Below, piece by piece: positions 17,708 to 26,120 of a stretch of DNA of 64,000 nucleotides (the first letter of the stretch is position 1; each line of letters starts with the position of its first letter). This stretch comes from Acidimicrobiales bacterium. GTDB taxonomy: Bacteria > Actinomycetota > Acidimicrobiia > Acidimicrobiales > AC-14. The stretch spans positions 2,976 through 66,975 of the forward strand of contig DATLEI010000027.1 of NCBI GenBank assembly GCA_035525375.1, given 5' to 3'. Under the pieces are notes generated by a model. That model had not been told where the DNA came from. It did no database searches and saw only the letters and a list, made by a program, of their open reading frames with translations. Position numbers and translations under genes: made by a program.

Positions 17708-19936
17708 GTGGCTGCCGTCGACCGCGTGTTGCCATGGCGTAGGAGCACCAGTGCGTCGTCGTCCGAGCCCGACGAACTCCGCGAGGTTCTCGGCATTTAC
17801 CGGGCCCGCCATCCAAAGGCCGCCACGGCGCTGATCAGTCGCGCCTACGAGGTAGCAGAAGAGGCGCACCGAGAGCAGCGACGGGTCTCGGGCGACCCGT
17901 ACATTCAGCATCCGCTGGCAGTTGCCGCGATCCTGGCCGACCTAGGCCTCGATGACATCACGATCGCCGCCGCGCTGTTGCACGATGCAGTCGAGGACAC
18001 CGGAATCAGTGTGGAAGACGTGGTCGCCGACTTCGGCAGCGAGGTGGCCGCCATCGTCGACGGCGTGACCAAGCTCGACCGGGTCAGGTTCGAGTCCAAG
18101 GAGGCGCAACAGGCCGCGTCGATGCGCAAGATGCTCGTCGCCATGGCGAAGGACATTCGGGTCCTGCTCATCAAGCTCGCCGATCGTCTCCACAACATGC
18201 AGACGATCGCGGTCATGCCTGCGGAGAAGCAGCGACGGACAGCGCAGGAGACCCTCGACATCTACGCGCCGCTCGCGCATCGCCTCGGTGTCTCGGGTAT
18301 CAAACTGCAACTCGAAGACCTTGCCTTCGCGACTCTTTATCCGAAGCGCTATGCGGAAATCGAGCAGATGGTCTCAACGCGCGCGCCGGAGCGCGACCGC
18401 TACCTCGACCAGGTGCTCGACACCGTGCGAGGGCGCCTTGCCGAGCTGCGAATCGACGCCGACGTGACCGGCCGTCCGAAGCACAACTGGAGCATCTACG
18501 AGAAGATGGTCGTCAAGGGCAAGGAGTTCGACGACATCTACGACCTCACGGGCATCCGGGTGCTCGTCGGCAGCGTCAAGGATTGTTACGCCGCCTTGGG
18601 CACGATTCACGCCAGCTGGAAGCCCATCCAGGGTCGGTTCAAGGACTACATCGCAATGCCCAAGTTCAACCTCTACCAGTCGCTGCACACGACGGTCATT
18701 GGGCCGGGCGGTAAGCCCCTCGAGGTGCAGATCCGCACCCGGGAGATGCATCAGCGAGCCGAATATGGGATCGCGGCGCACTGGAGCTACAAGGAGGGTG
18801 CGCCGCACGCCGACGTCGCGTGGCTGCACCGCATCGTCGACTGGCAGCAGGACACTGCTGACCCGGCCGAGTTCATGGAGACGCTGAAGGTCGATCTCGA
18901 ACACGATGAGGTCTTCGTGTTCACGCCGAAGGGCGACGTCGTGACACTGCCGGTTGGCGCCACACCTATTGACTTCGCCTATTCGATCCACACCGAGGTC
19001 GGCCACCGCTGCATCGGCTCCAGGGTGAACGGCCGGCTCGTGCCGCTCGACTCGCGCCTGTCGTCGGGCGACACGGTGGAGGTGTTCACGTCCAAAGTCG
19101 AGGGCGCAGGACCGTCTCGCGACTGGCTCACCGTCGTCGTCACCCCGCGGGCCCGCAACAAGATCCGGCACTGGTTCAGCAAGTCCCGCCGCGACGAGGC
19201 CCTGGAAAACGGACGGGAAGACCTCGTGCGGGCCATGCGCCGCGAGGGCCTGCCGGTGCAGAAGATCGCATCGTCGTCACTGCTGGCCACCATCGCCGAG
19301 TCGTTGAACTACGCCGATCTCGACGCCCTTCATGTCGCCCTCGGCGAGCACCACGTTTCGGCCCAGTCGGTTGCTCAGCGGGTGGCGCGGGAGTTGCGAG
19401 GCGGTGACCACGAGGAGCAGTTGCCGACGACGGCGCGCCGTCCGCTCAACCGCACCAAGCGCCAGGCGACGGGTGTACACGTTGAAGGCCTCGACGACCT
19501 CATGGTGCGGTTGGCGCGCTGCTGCACACCGGTGCCAGGTGACGCAATCGTCGGGTTCGTCACCAATGGCCGAGGCGTGTCGGTGCACCGGGCCGACTGC
19601 GCCAACGCCACCTCGTTGTCCTCGACGATGGGCGAGCGCGCCATCGAGGTGGAGTGGGACCAGGAGCGCGCCGGGATGTACATCGCTTCCATCGAGGTGG
19701 AAGCACTCGACCGCTCCCGGCTCCTGCGCGACGTGACGACGGTCTTCGCCGACCATCACGTCAACGTCGTCTCTTCCTTCACGCATACCGGCACTGACCG
19801 GGTGGCGCGCCTGCGGTTCGACTTCGAACTGGCCGACCCGTCGCACCTCGATTCGATCCTCACCACCCTGAAGCGAGTGGACTCGGTCTACGACGCCTTT
19901 CGGGTGCTGCCCGGCGCTGGCAACAAGCAGTCGTAG
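17708..19936 (+). CDS. relA: Bifunctional (p)ppGpp synthetase/hydrolase (RelA/SpoT homologue)
   Basis: ORF track 742 aa. It has an HD hydrolase domain (HPLAVAAILADL...LHDAVEDT), a synthetase domain (YRSLHTTV-like QSLHTTVIG...EVQIRTREMH), and TGS and ACT regions. Confidence 0.96.
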   Translation: MAAVDRVLPWRRSTSASSSEPDELREVLGIYRARHPKAATALISRAYEVAEEAHREQRRVSGDPYIQHPLAVAAILADLGLDDITIAAALLHDAVEDTGISVEDVVADFGSEVAAIVDGVTKLDRVRFESKEAQQAASMRKMLVAMAKDIRVLLIKLADRLHNMQTIAVMPAEKQRRTAQETLDIYAPLAHRLGVSGIKLQLEDLAFATLYPKRYAEIEQMVSTRAPERDRYLDQVLDTVRGRLAELRIDADVTGRPKHNWSIYEKMVVKGKEFDDIYDLTGIRVLVGSVKDCYAALGTIHASWKPIQGRFKDYIAMPKFNLYQSLHTTVIGPGGKPLEVQIRTREMHQRAEYGIAAHWSYKEGAPHADVAWLHRIVDWQQDTADPAEFMETLKVDLEHDEVFVFTPKGDVVTLPVGATPIDFAYSIHTEVGHRCIGSRVNGRLVPLDSRLSSGDTVEVFTSKVEGAGPSRDWLTVVVTPRARNKIRHWFSKSRRDEALENGREDLVRAMRREGLPVQKIASSSLLATIAESLNYADLDALHVALGEHHVSAQSVAQRVARELRGGDHEEQLPTTARRPLNRTKRQATGVHVEGLDDLMVRLARCCTPVPGDAIVGFVTNGRGVSVHRADCANATSLSSTMGERAIEVEWDQERAGMYIASIEVEALDRSRLLRDVTTVFADHHVNVVSSFTHTGTDRVARLRFDFELADPSHLDSILTTLKRVDSVYDAFRVLPGAGNKQS

Positions 19937-20044
19937 CTGCATGCCGCGGAGGGCCCTCGGCGCTTCGCGATACCCACGACAGCCAATCCCGGGCGGCGGG
20001 GCCTGCGTCGCTGCAACTCGGCCGATCCGACCTACCCTCAACGA

Positions 20045-21043
20045 ATGCATCGGCGCAGGCTGGTCACGGTGGCGGTCGCGCTCGCCGTGCTTGGCGGTTG
20101 TCGCAACAGCGACACGGCAGCGGCGCCAGCGCCGTCTACGACGGTCCCGAAGTCCCCTGTCCTAAGCATCGGGATGCGCACAGAGATGTTTGTCGACGCG
20201 AGCCGGCGAACCGACGATCCGAGCTTCGGAATGGGGTCAGAGTCACCCACGCGACTTCTTAAGACCGCGGTGTTCTATCCCGCTGGCCCGCCCTCGACTG
20301 CAGCCCCGCGGGAGCAGCCGCCGGTGAGAGCCGGAGGCCCATTTCCTCTTGTGATCTTTGCCCATGGCAATACGGTGTCGGATCCGGCCGAGGCGTACGC
20401 GGGTCTCCTCCGCAAGTGGGCGAACTCTGGGTACGTCATCGTCGCGCCGACCTTTCCGGTGTCGAGCACCAGGGTGCCCGGCGGTCTCGCGGATTTGGTA
20501 AACCAGCCTGCGGACGTCAGCTTCGTCCTTACGCAGATGCTCCAGCTTTCGGCTGCGGCCGACGGCCGATACAAGGGCCTAATCGACCAAGGCCGTATTG
20601 CCGTGGCCGGCCACTCGCTTGGAGGGATGACTGCGTTGGGCGTCACTGCGAACACGTGCTGTAGCGACGACAGGATCAAAGCCGCCATCGTCCTTGCCGG
20701 CGAGGAGCGATCCTTTGGGCGCGGCTCGTTCTTCACCGGCTCTGGGCGGGTACCGACGATGGTCGTCCATGGCGACGCCGACGCCACCATCCCTTTTGAG
20801 GCGGGCCACAAGGTGTTCGCTGACGCCTCTCGGCCGAAGGTGATGCTCACGTTGGTCGGAGGCGACCACGGCGCCCCGTACAGCGGGGCCGAAAGCTATG
20901 GCCCGGCGCGCCTTGTAGCGGCGGCAACACTCGATTTCCTCGACTACTACGTCCGGGGGGACGCCCAGAGCCTCGATCGCCTCCGTGCAGCAGTCGCTGG
21001 CAGCCCCAATGCCCATCTCGAGGTCGAGGAAGAGCCGTCCTGA
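20045..21043 (+). CDS. Lipoprotein alpha/beta hydrolase (dienelactone hydrolase / PAF-acetylhydrolase / cutinase-like fold)
   Basis: ORF track 332 aa. The signal peptide plus lipobox is MHRRRLVTVAVALAVLGGC. The nucleophile elbow is GHSLGG, and the candidate Asp (HGDADATIP) and His (GGDHGAP) follow in canonical order. The substrate is unknown. Confidence 0.7.
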   Translation: MHRRRLVTVAVALAVLGGCRNSDTAAAPAPSTTVPKSPVLSIGMRTEMFVDASRRTDDPSFGMGSESPTRLLKTAVFYPAGPPSTAAPREQPPVRAGGPFPLVIFAHGNTVSDPAEAYAGLLRKWANSGYVIVAPTFPVSSTRVPGGLADLVNQPADVSFVLTQMLQLSAAADGRYKGLIDQGRIAVAGHSLGGMTALGVTANTCCSDDRIKAAIVLAGEERSFGRGSFFTGSGRVPTMVVHGDADATIPFEAGHKVFADASRPKVMLTLVGGDHGAPYSGAESYGPARLVAAATLDFLDYYVRGDAQSLDRLRAAVAGSPNAHLEVEEEPS

Positions 21044-21064
21044 GTCCCTCCGCAGCCGTAACCG

Positions 21065-21123
21065 GCAGCGAACTGGTGACACTCGCTCGCCGGGAGCCCT
21101 GTTAAGTGTCACCACTTCGCTGC
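21065..21123. other. Long imperfect inverted repeat / RNA hairpin between the hydrolase gene and hisS
   Basis: GCAGCGAA(21065-21072) c TGGTGACACT(21074-21083) ... 21-nt loop ... AGTGTCACCA(21105-21114) c TTCGCTGC(21116-21123). This is an 18-bp stem with one C:C mismatch. The loop itself can pair GCTC/GAGC. No U-tract follows. Confidence 0.5.
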
Positions 21124-21147
21124 GGTTCGGCCTAGCCTCGCCGACCG

Positions 21148-22398
21148 ATGGACTCCTTCCGTGCTCCGCCGGGCACCCATGACGTCTTGCCGCCGGAGTC
21201 GGAGCGCTGGAAGCGGCTTGTGGGCATGTTCGCGCGCACCGTCACGTGCGCTGGGTACGGCTTGGTCGTCAGCCCGATGTACGAGGACGTGAGCGTTTTC
21301 GAGCGGGTTGGGGAGGGCACCGACGTCGTCCGCAAGGAGATGTACGACTTCGAGGACAAGGGGGGGCGCCGGATCGCCCTGCGTCCGGAGGGCACTGCGT
21401 CGGTGGTGCGCGCCTACGTGCAGCACCGGCCGACGGTGCCCTTCAAGGCGTGGTACGCCGCGCCGAGCTTTCGCTACGAGCGACCCCAGGCTGGCCGTTA
21501 CCGCCAACACCACCAGCTCGGCGTGGAGGCCCTCGGTACCGATGACCCCGACCTCGACGTAGAAATCGTCGCGTTGGCGTGGTCGTTCGTCGGTCAGCTA
21601 GGACTCACTCAGGTGACCCTCCTGCTGAACTCTCTCGGCGACGCCGTGTGCCGGCCCGGCTACTTGGACACACTCCGGTCCTATCTCGAAGACCACAACG
21701 GTGAACTCTGCGACGAGCACCGCACTCGGGCCCCCGAGAATCCGCTGCGGGTCCTCGATTGCAAGAAGGACCCTTGTCGCGCCGCCACCGCGGCCGCGCC
21801 GCAACTGGTCGACCACCTGTGCGACGAGTGCCGGCAACACTTCGAGTCGGCCCAGTCCGGATTGAAGACGCTCGGTGTGCCCTTTCACATCGAGCCTCGC
21901 CTGGTGCGAGGGCTCGACTACTACACCCGCACCACATTTGAGCTGCAGGCCGAAGCGCTCGACACGGCGCAGAACGGCGTGGGTGGCGGGGGTCGGTACG
22001 ACGGCCTAGCCGAGTCACTCGGGGGCCCCGCCACACCCGGAATCGGATTTGGTTTCGGAATTGAGCGGCTCCTTCTCGCGTGCGATGGCGAGGGCGTCTT
22101 CCCCGCGCCCGAGCGAACTGTCGATGTATGGGTCATCGACACGACAGGTGGCGATCCCGCGCTGACGATCACCCACGAGCTGCGGGGTCACGGCATCCGC
22201 ACGGATCGGTCCTTCGGCGCCCGATCGATGAAGGCCCAGTTCAAGTCGGCTGACCGTTCGGGCGCGCGCGTCGCGGTCGTCATCGGGGAGCGGGAAGCCT
22301 CCGAGGGCACTGTGACCGTACGCGACCTCGGGTCGGGCGAGCAGACGGTCGTAGTCCGCGACGGCCTGGTCGATTGCCTCAACAGGATGCTCGAATGA
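21148..22398 (+). CDS. hisS: Histidine--tRNA ligase
   Basis: ORF track 416 aa. MDSFRAPPGTHDVLP..., the class II motifs (LRPEGTASVVRA, FRYERPQAGRYRQHHQ) and GGGGRYDGL are present. Confidence 0.96.
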   Translation: MDSFRAPPGTHDVLPPESERWKRLVGMFARTVTCAGYGLVVSPMYEDVSVFERVGEGTDVVRKEMYDFEDKGGRRIALRPEGTASVVRAYVQHRPTVPFKAWYAAPSFRYERPQAGRYRQHHQLGVEALGTDDPDLDVEIVALAWSFVGQLGLTQVTLLLNSLGDAVCRPGYLDTLRSYLEDHNGELCDEHRTRAPENPLRVLDCKKDPCRAATAAAPQLVDHLCDECRQHFESAQSGLKTLGVPFHIEPRLVRGLDYYTRTTFELQAEALDTAQNGVGGGGRYDGLAESLGGPATPGIGFGFGIERLLLACDGEGVFPAPERTVDVWVIDTTGGDPALTITHELRGHGIRTDRSFGARSMKAQFKSADRSGARVAVVIGEREASEGTVTVRDLGSGEQTVVVRDGLVDCLNRMLE

Positions 22399-24119
22399 CG
22401 ATGCGAACGCACCACTGCGGCGAATTGCGGGCCGAGGATACCGGGGCACAGGTCACCCTGTGTGGCTGGGTCGACCGCCGGCGCGAGCAAGGCAAGCACC
22501 TGGCGTTCGTCGACCTCCGGGACCACACCGGCGTGATCCAGTGCGTCGTTGATGATGCCCATGATCTGCGCTCGGAGTACGTCGTGCGGGTGACAGGCAC
22601 GGTGCGGGTCCGGCCTGCGGGCACCGCCAACCCGGGTCTCGCGACTGGCGAGGTGGAGATCGGCGATTGCGAGGTGGAGGTGCTCTCCGTTGCCGAGCCG
22701 CCGCCATTCCCGATCACCGACCGCATCGAAGCCGACGAAGCCGTGCGCCTTCGCCATCGCTATCTCGACCTGCGCCGACCGGTGATGCAGGCGCATTTAC
22801 GCCGACGCGCCGCGATCAGTTCCGCGCTTCGGCGGTCCATGGACGAGCAGGGCTTCGTCGAGGTCGAGACGCCGCTATTGATCGCGTCGACTCCCGAGGG
22901 GGCGCGGGACTTCGTGGTCCCGTCTCGGCTCCAGCCCGGCAGCTTCTACGCACTGCCCCAGAGTCCTCAGCTGTTCAAACAGCTCCTCATGGTGGGAGGA
23001 ATTGATCGCTACTACCAGGTCGCACGCTGCCTGCGCGACGAAGACCTGCGCGCCGACCGCCAGTTCGAATTCACCCAACTCGACATCGAGGCCTCCTTCG
23101 TCGACGCCGATGACGTGATCGGCTTCGTCACCGAGGCGGTGCGCGCCGGAGTGCGAGCGGCGGTTGGAGAAGAGATAGCCGACGTCCCGCACATGACGTG
23201 GCATGACGCCCAGGAACGCTTTGGCACCGACAAGCCCGATACCCGTTTCGGCATGGAACTCGTCGACCTCACGAACGTCTTCAGCACCACGGACTTTCGC
23301 GCCTTCCAACCTCCGGCGGCGGTCAAGGGCATTCGCGTGCCGGGCGAGGGCGACGCCACCCGGGCGCGGCTCGACCGGCTCACCGACAACGCCAAGAACG
23401 CCGGCGCGGCCGGGCTGGTGTGGGTGCGGGTCGGAACAGACGGTTCGCTTGACTCGCCGGTGGCCAAGTTCATTTCCGAGGATGAGCGGGCTGCGCTGGT
23501 GAAGACGCTCGATGCCGAGGCGGGCGACCTTCTCCTCCTCGTTGCCGGCGACCGGTCAGTCGCCAACCGCACTTTGGGCATGTTGCGCCTCGAGCTGGGC
23601 CGTCCGCCGGTCGACGAGGGTGGCAGAAGGCTCCTTTGGGTCACGGACTTTCCGCTGTTCGAAGGGGTCGATGGCGAGGGGAACCCGACCCCAGCCCACC
23701 ACCCCTTCACCATGCCCCATCCCGACGACATCGACCTCCTCGAGACTGAGCCCCTCGCGGTGCGATCCCAGGCCTATGACCTCGTCCTCAACGGGTGGGA
23801 GCTGGGCTCGGGCAGTGTGCGTATCCACCGCTCCGATATCCAGCAGCGCATCCTCGCGTTCCTCGGGATCGGGGCCGAGCAGGCGCAGGCCCGATTCGGG
23901 TTTCTGCTCGATGCCTTCCGCCACGGCGCGCCACCTCATGCCGGCTTCGCGCTCGGCATCGACCGCCTGGTCGCGATTCTTGCCGGCGAGGAGAACATCC
24001 GGGAGGTCATCGCCTTCCCGAAGACACAGTCGGGTGGCGACCCGCTGACCGGCGCGCCCACGCCGCTCGACCCCCGCCAAGTAAAGGAGCTGGGCCTGCG
24101 CGTGCCGCCTCGCGACTAG
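22395..24119 (+). CDS. aspS: Aspartate--tRNA ligase
   Basis: ORF track 22374-24119. ATG 22395 forms an ATGA overlap with the hisS stop. MTMRTHHCGELRAED...GWVDRRREQGKHLAFVDLRD (OB fold), FYALPQSPQLFKQLLM, and GGIDRLV-like GLGIDRLVAIL are present. Confidence 0.95.
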   Translation: MTMRTHHCGELRAEDTGAQVTLCGWVDRRREQGKHLAFVDLRDHTGVIQCVVDDAHDLRSEYVVRVTGTVRVRPAGTANPGLATGEVEIGDCEVEVLSVAEPPPFPITDRIEADEAVRLRHRYLDLRRPVMQAHLRRRAAISSALRRSMDEQGFVEVETPLLIASTPEGARDFVVPSRLQPGSFYALPQSPQLFKQLLMVGGIDRYYQVARCLRDEDLRADRQFEFTQLDIEASFVDADDVIGFVTEAVRAGVRAAVGEEIADVPHMTWHDAQERFGTDKPDTRFGMELVDLTNVFSTTDFRAFQPPAAVKGIRVPGEGDATRARLDRLTDNAKNAGAAGLVWVRVGTDGSLDSPVAKFISEDERAALVKTLDAEAGDLLLLVAGDRSVANRTLGMLRLELGRPPVDEGGRRLLWVTDFPLFEGVDGEGNPTPAHHPFTMPHPDDIDLLETEPLAVRSQAYDLVLNGWELGSGSVRIHRSDIQQRILAFLGIGAEQAQARFGFLLDAFRHGAPPHAGFALGIDRLVAILAGEENIREVIAFPKTQSGGDPLTGAPTPLDPRQVKELGLRVPPRD

Positions 24120-24149
24120 GTCCGGCGCGGCCCTGTTGCCCGGGTACCG

Positions 24150-25481
24150 TTGGGCGTGTCGTCCGACGGAAACGATCTGTTCGGTCACGCCCTTCAGGAG
24201 CGCTTGGCGCGCCAGGCCCCACTTCCCGCCCGCCTCCGGCCCAAGGCGCTCGACGACATGGTCGGCCAGCAGCACTTGCTCGGGGCGGGCAAGCCGTTGC
24301 GCACCCTCATCGAGGCCGACCGCCTGTCGTCAGTCATCCTTTGGGGGCCACCCGGCACGGGCAAGACCACCCTCGCTCGCCTGATTGCAGAGACGACGGC
24401 CAAAGCTTTCGAGACGCTCTCGGCGGTGAGTGCCGGCGTCAAGGACGTCCGAGAGGTCGTCGAGCGGGCCCGCCGCCGGCTGGGCGAAACCGGGCAAGGC
24501 ACGATTCTCTTCCTCGACGAGGTTCACCGCTTCAACAAGTCACAGCAGGATGTCCTTCTACCGTGGGTCGAAGAAGGGGTGATCGTTCTCATCGGCGCGA
24601 CGACTGAGAATCCGTACTTCGAGGTGAACGCGCCGTTGCTGTCTCGCTCGAGCCTTTTTCGGCTCGAGCCCCTCGCCAAGTCCGCGACCATGGAACTCCT
24701 TCAGCGTGGACTGGCGAGCGAAGGAGCAGCCGCCGACGAGGACGCCCTTGAACACCTGGCCAACCGCTCCGACGGCGACGCCCGGGTCGCGCTCAATGGC
24801 GTCGAGGTCGCTGTGGTGCTGGCGTCGGCTCGGGAGGAAGAGCCGGCGCGCGTGACGATTGCGGACGCGGAAGCAGCCCTGAATGCGCGCGCTCTGCGGT
24901 ACGAGCGCGACGAGCACTACGACGTCATCTCCGCGTTTATCAAGAGCATCCGTGGCTCGGACCCCGACGCCGGTTTGTACTGGCTGGCGCGCATGCTCGA
25001 GGCCGGGGAGGACGCCCGCTTCATCGCCCGCCGGCTCGTGATCCTCGCATCGGAGGATGTCGGAATGGCTGATCCAATGGGCATCGTGGTGGCCGACTCA
25101 GCCGCCCGCGCCGTCGAGTTCGTGGGCCTGCCCGAGGCCCAACTGAACCTGGCTCATGCCGTGATCTACCTGGCGACTGCACCGAAGTCCAACCGCGTGA
25201 TCGAGGCTCTTGGCCGGGCCCAGGACGATGTGCGCAGCCAGCCGGCCGGAACCGTTCCTGCCCACCTGCGCGACTCGTCCTACCGATCAGCTCGCAAGCT
25301 CGGACACGGCGTGAGCTACGAGTATCCTCACAGCGATCCCCGGGGTTGGGTTCCCCAGGAGTACCGTCCAGCCGAGGTTGCCGGTCGGGTCTACTACGAG
25401 CCTTCCCAGCACGGTATGGAGCGGGAGATCAACGAGCGGATGCGACGAGCGGACGACAGCGAGAACGAGGGGTCGACGTGA
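24150..25481 (+). CDS. rarA: Replication-associated recombination protein A (RarA/MgsA AAA+ ATPase)
   Basis: ORF track 443 aa. RPKALDDMVGQQHLLG, Walker A WGPPGTGKTTLARLIA, FLDEVHRFNKSQQD and the C-terminal MgsA domain (YDVISAFIKSIRGSDPDA) are present. Confidence 0.95.
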   Translation: MGVSSDGNDLFGHALQERLARQAPLPARLRPKALDDMVGQQHLLGAGKPLRTLIEADRLSSVILWGPPGTGKTTLARLIAETTAKAFETLSAVSAGVKDVREVVERARRRLGETGQGTILFLDEVHRFNKSQQDVLLPWVEEGVIVLIGATTENPYFEVNAPLLSRSSLFRLEPLAKSATMELLQRGLASEGAAADEDALEHLANRSDGDARVALNGVEVAVVLASAREEEPARVTIADAEAALNARALRYERDEHYDVISAFIKSIRGSDPDAGLYWLARMLEAGEDARFIARRLVILASEDVGMADPMGIVVADSAARAVEFVGLPEAQLNLAHAVIYLATAPKSNRVIEALGRAQDDVRSQPAGTVPAHLRDSSYRSARKLGHGVSYEYPHSDPRGWVPQEYRPAEVAGRVYYEPSQHGMEREINERMRRADDSENEGST

Positions 25482-25834
25482 CGGGTGAAGGAGTAGCCGC
25501 GATCGGAGCCGTTGCCATCGTCATCGTCTCCGGCGGGCTCCTGTTCACAATGGCGTCGATTATCCGCACCATGAAGGTCATGCGGCGCGTTGTCGAAGAT
25601 GTGCACGACGAGACCGTGCCCTTGCTGGTCGACGTCCACAGCGGGGTTGTGCAGACCAATCAGGAGCTCAAGCGAGTGGATGGGCTGATTGATCGAGCGG
25701 AGTCGATCGGCGCGACAGTCGATTCGACTTCGAAGCTCACCTACAAGCTGCTTTCCAGCCCCGCGGTCAAGGTGATGGCGCTCGGCGCGGGCGGGACGCG
25801 GGCGTTCCGGCAGCTCCGCAGGCGCAAGGGCTGA
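25478..25834 (+). CDS. DUF948-like small membrane-anchored coiled-coil protein
   Basis: The 3' part of ORF 25346-25834. GTG 25478 forms a GTGA overlap with the rarA stop. It has one N-terminal TM (AAIGAVAIVIVSGGLLFTMASII) followed by a helical region. The family call is from memory and is tentative. Confidence 0.55.
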   Translation: MTGEGVAAIGAVAIVIVSGGLLFTMASIIRTMKVMRRVVEDVHDETVPLLVDVHSGVVQTNQELKRVDGLIDRAESIGATVDSTSKLTYKLLSSPAVKVMALGAGGTRAFRQLRRRKG

Positions 25835-25840
25835 GTCGGG

Positions 25841-26080
25841 GTGTTCAAGCGACTTTTCTGGCTCACCTCGGGCGCGGTCATCGGCGTGGGCAGCTCGTTT
25901 TGGGTCATGCGCACGATCCGTCAGCGCATCAGCCAGTACGCGCCGGATCGCCTGGCCGACAACGTCACCACCGCGGCGCGAACCGCTCGCGACGACCTGA
26001 GGACCGCCCTTACCGAAGGACGCGAGGCGATGCGCCAGCGCGAATCCGAGCTGCGGGCCGAGCTCGAGACACCGTTCTGA
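25841..26080 (+). CDS. Small membrane protein, unknown function
   Basis: ORF track 79 aa. MFKRLFWLTSGAVIGVGSSFWVM is a TM helix, followed by a charged helical tail. It is tightly spaced after the DUF948-like gene and before alaS. Confidence 0.5.
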   Translation: MFKRLFWLTSGAVIGVGSSFWVMRTIRQRISQYAPDRLADNVTTAARTARDDLRTALTEGREAMRQRESELRAELETPF

Positions 26081-26120
26081 GGTTCGGCCACCCGGCGCTA
26101 CCGGTAGGCTGCACAAGGGC

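Noticed and set aside
21044-26120. T-box leaders upstream of hisS, aspS or alaS
   Set aside because: The spacers are 104, 0 (overlap) and 40 nt. These are too short for a T-box, and no T-box or specifier features are visible. The hisS spacer hairpin is reported separately as an unexplained structure.
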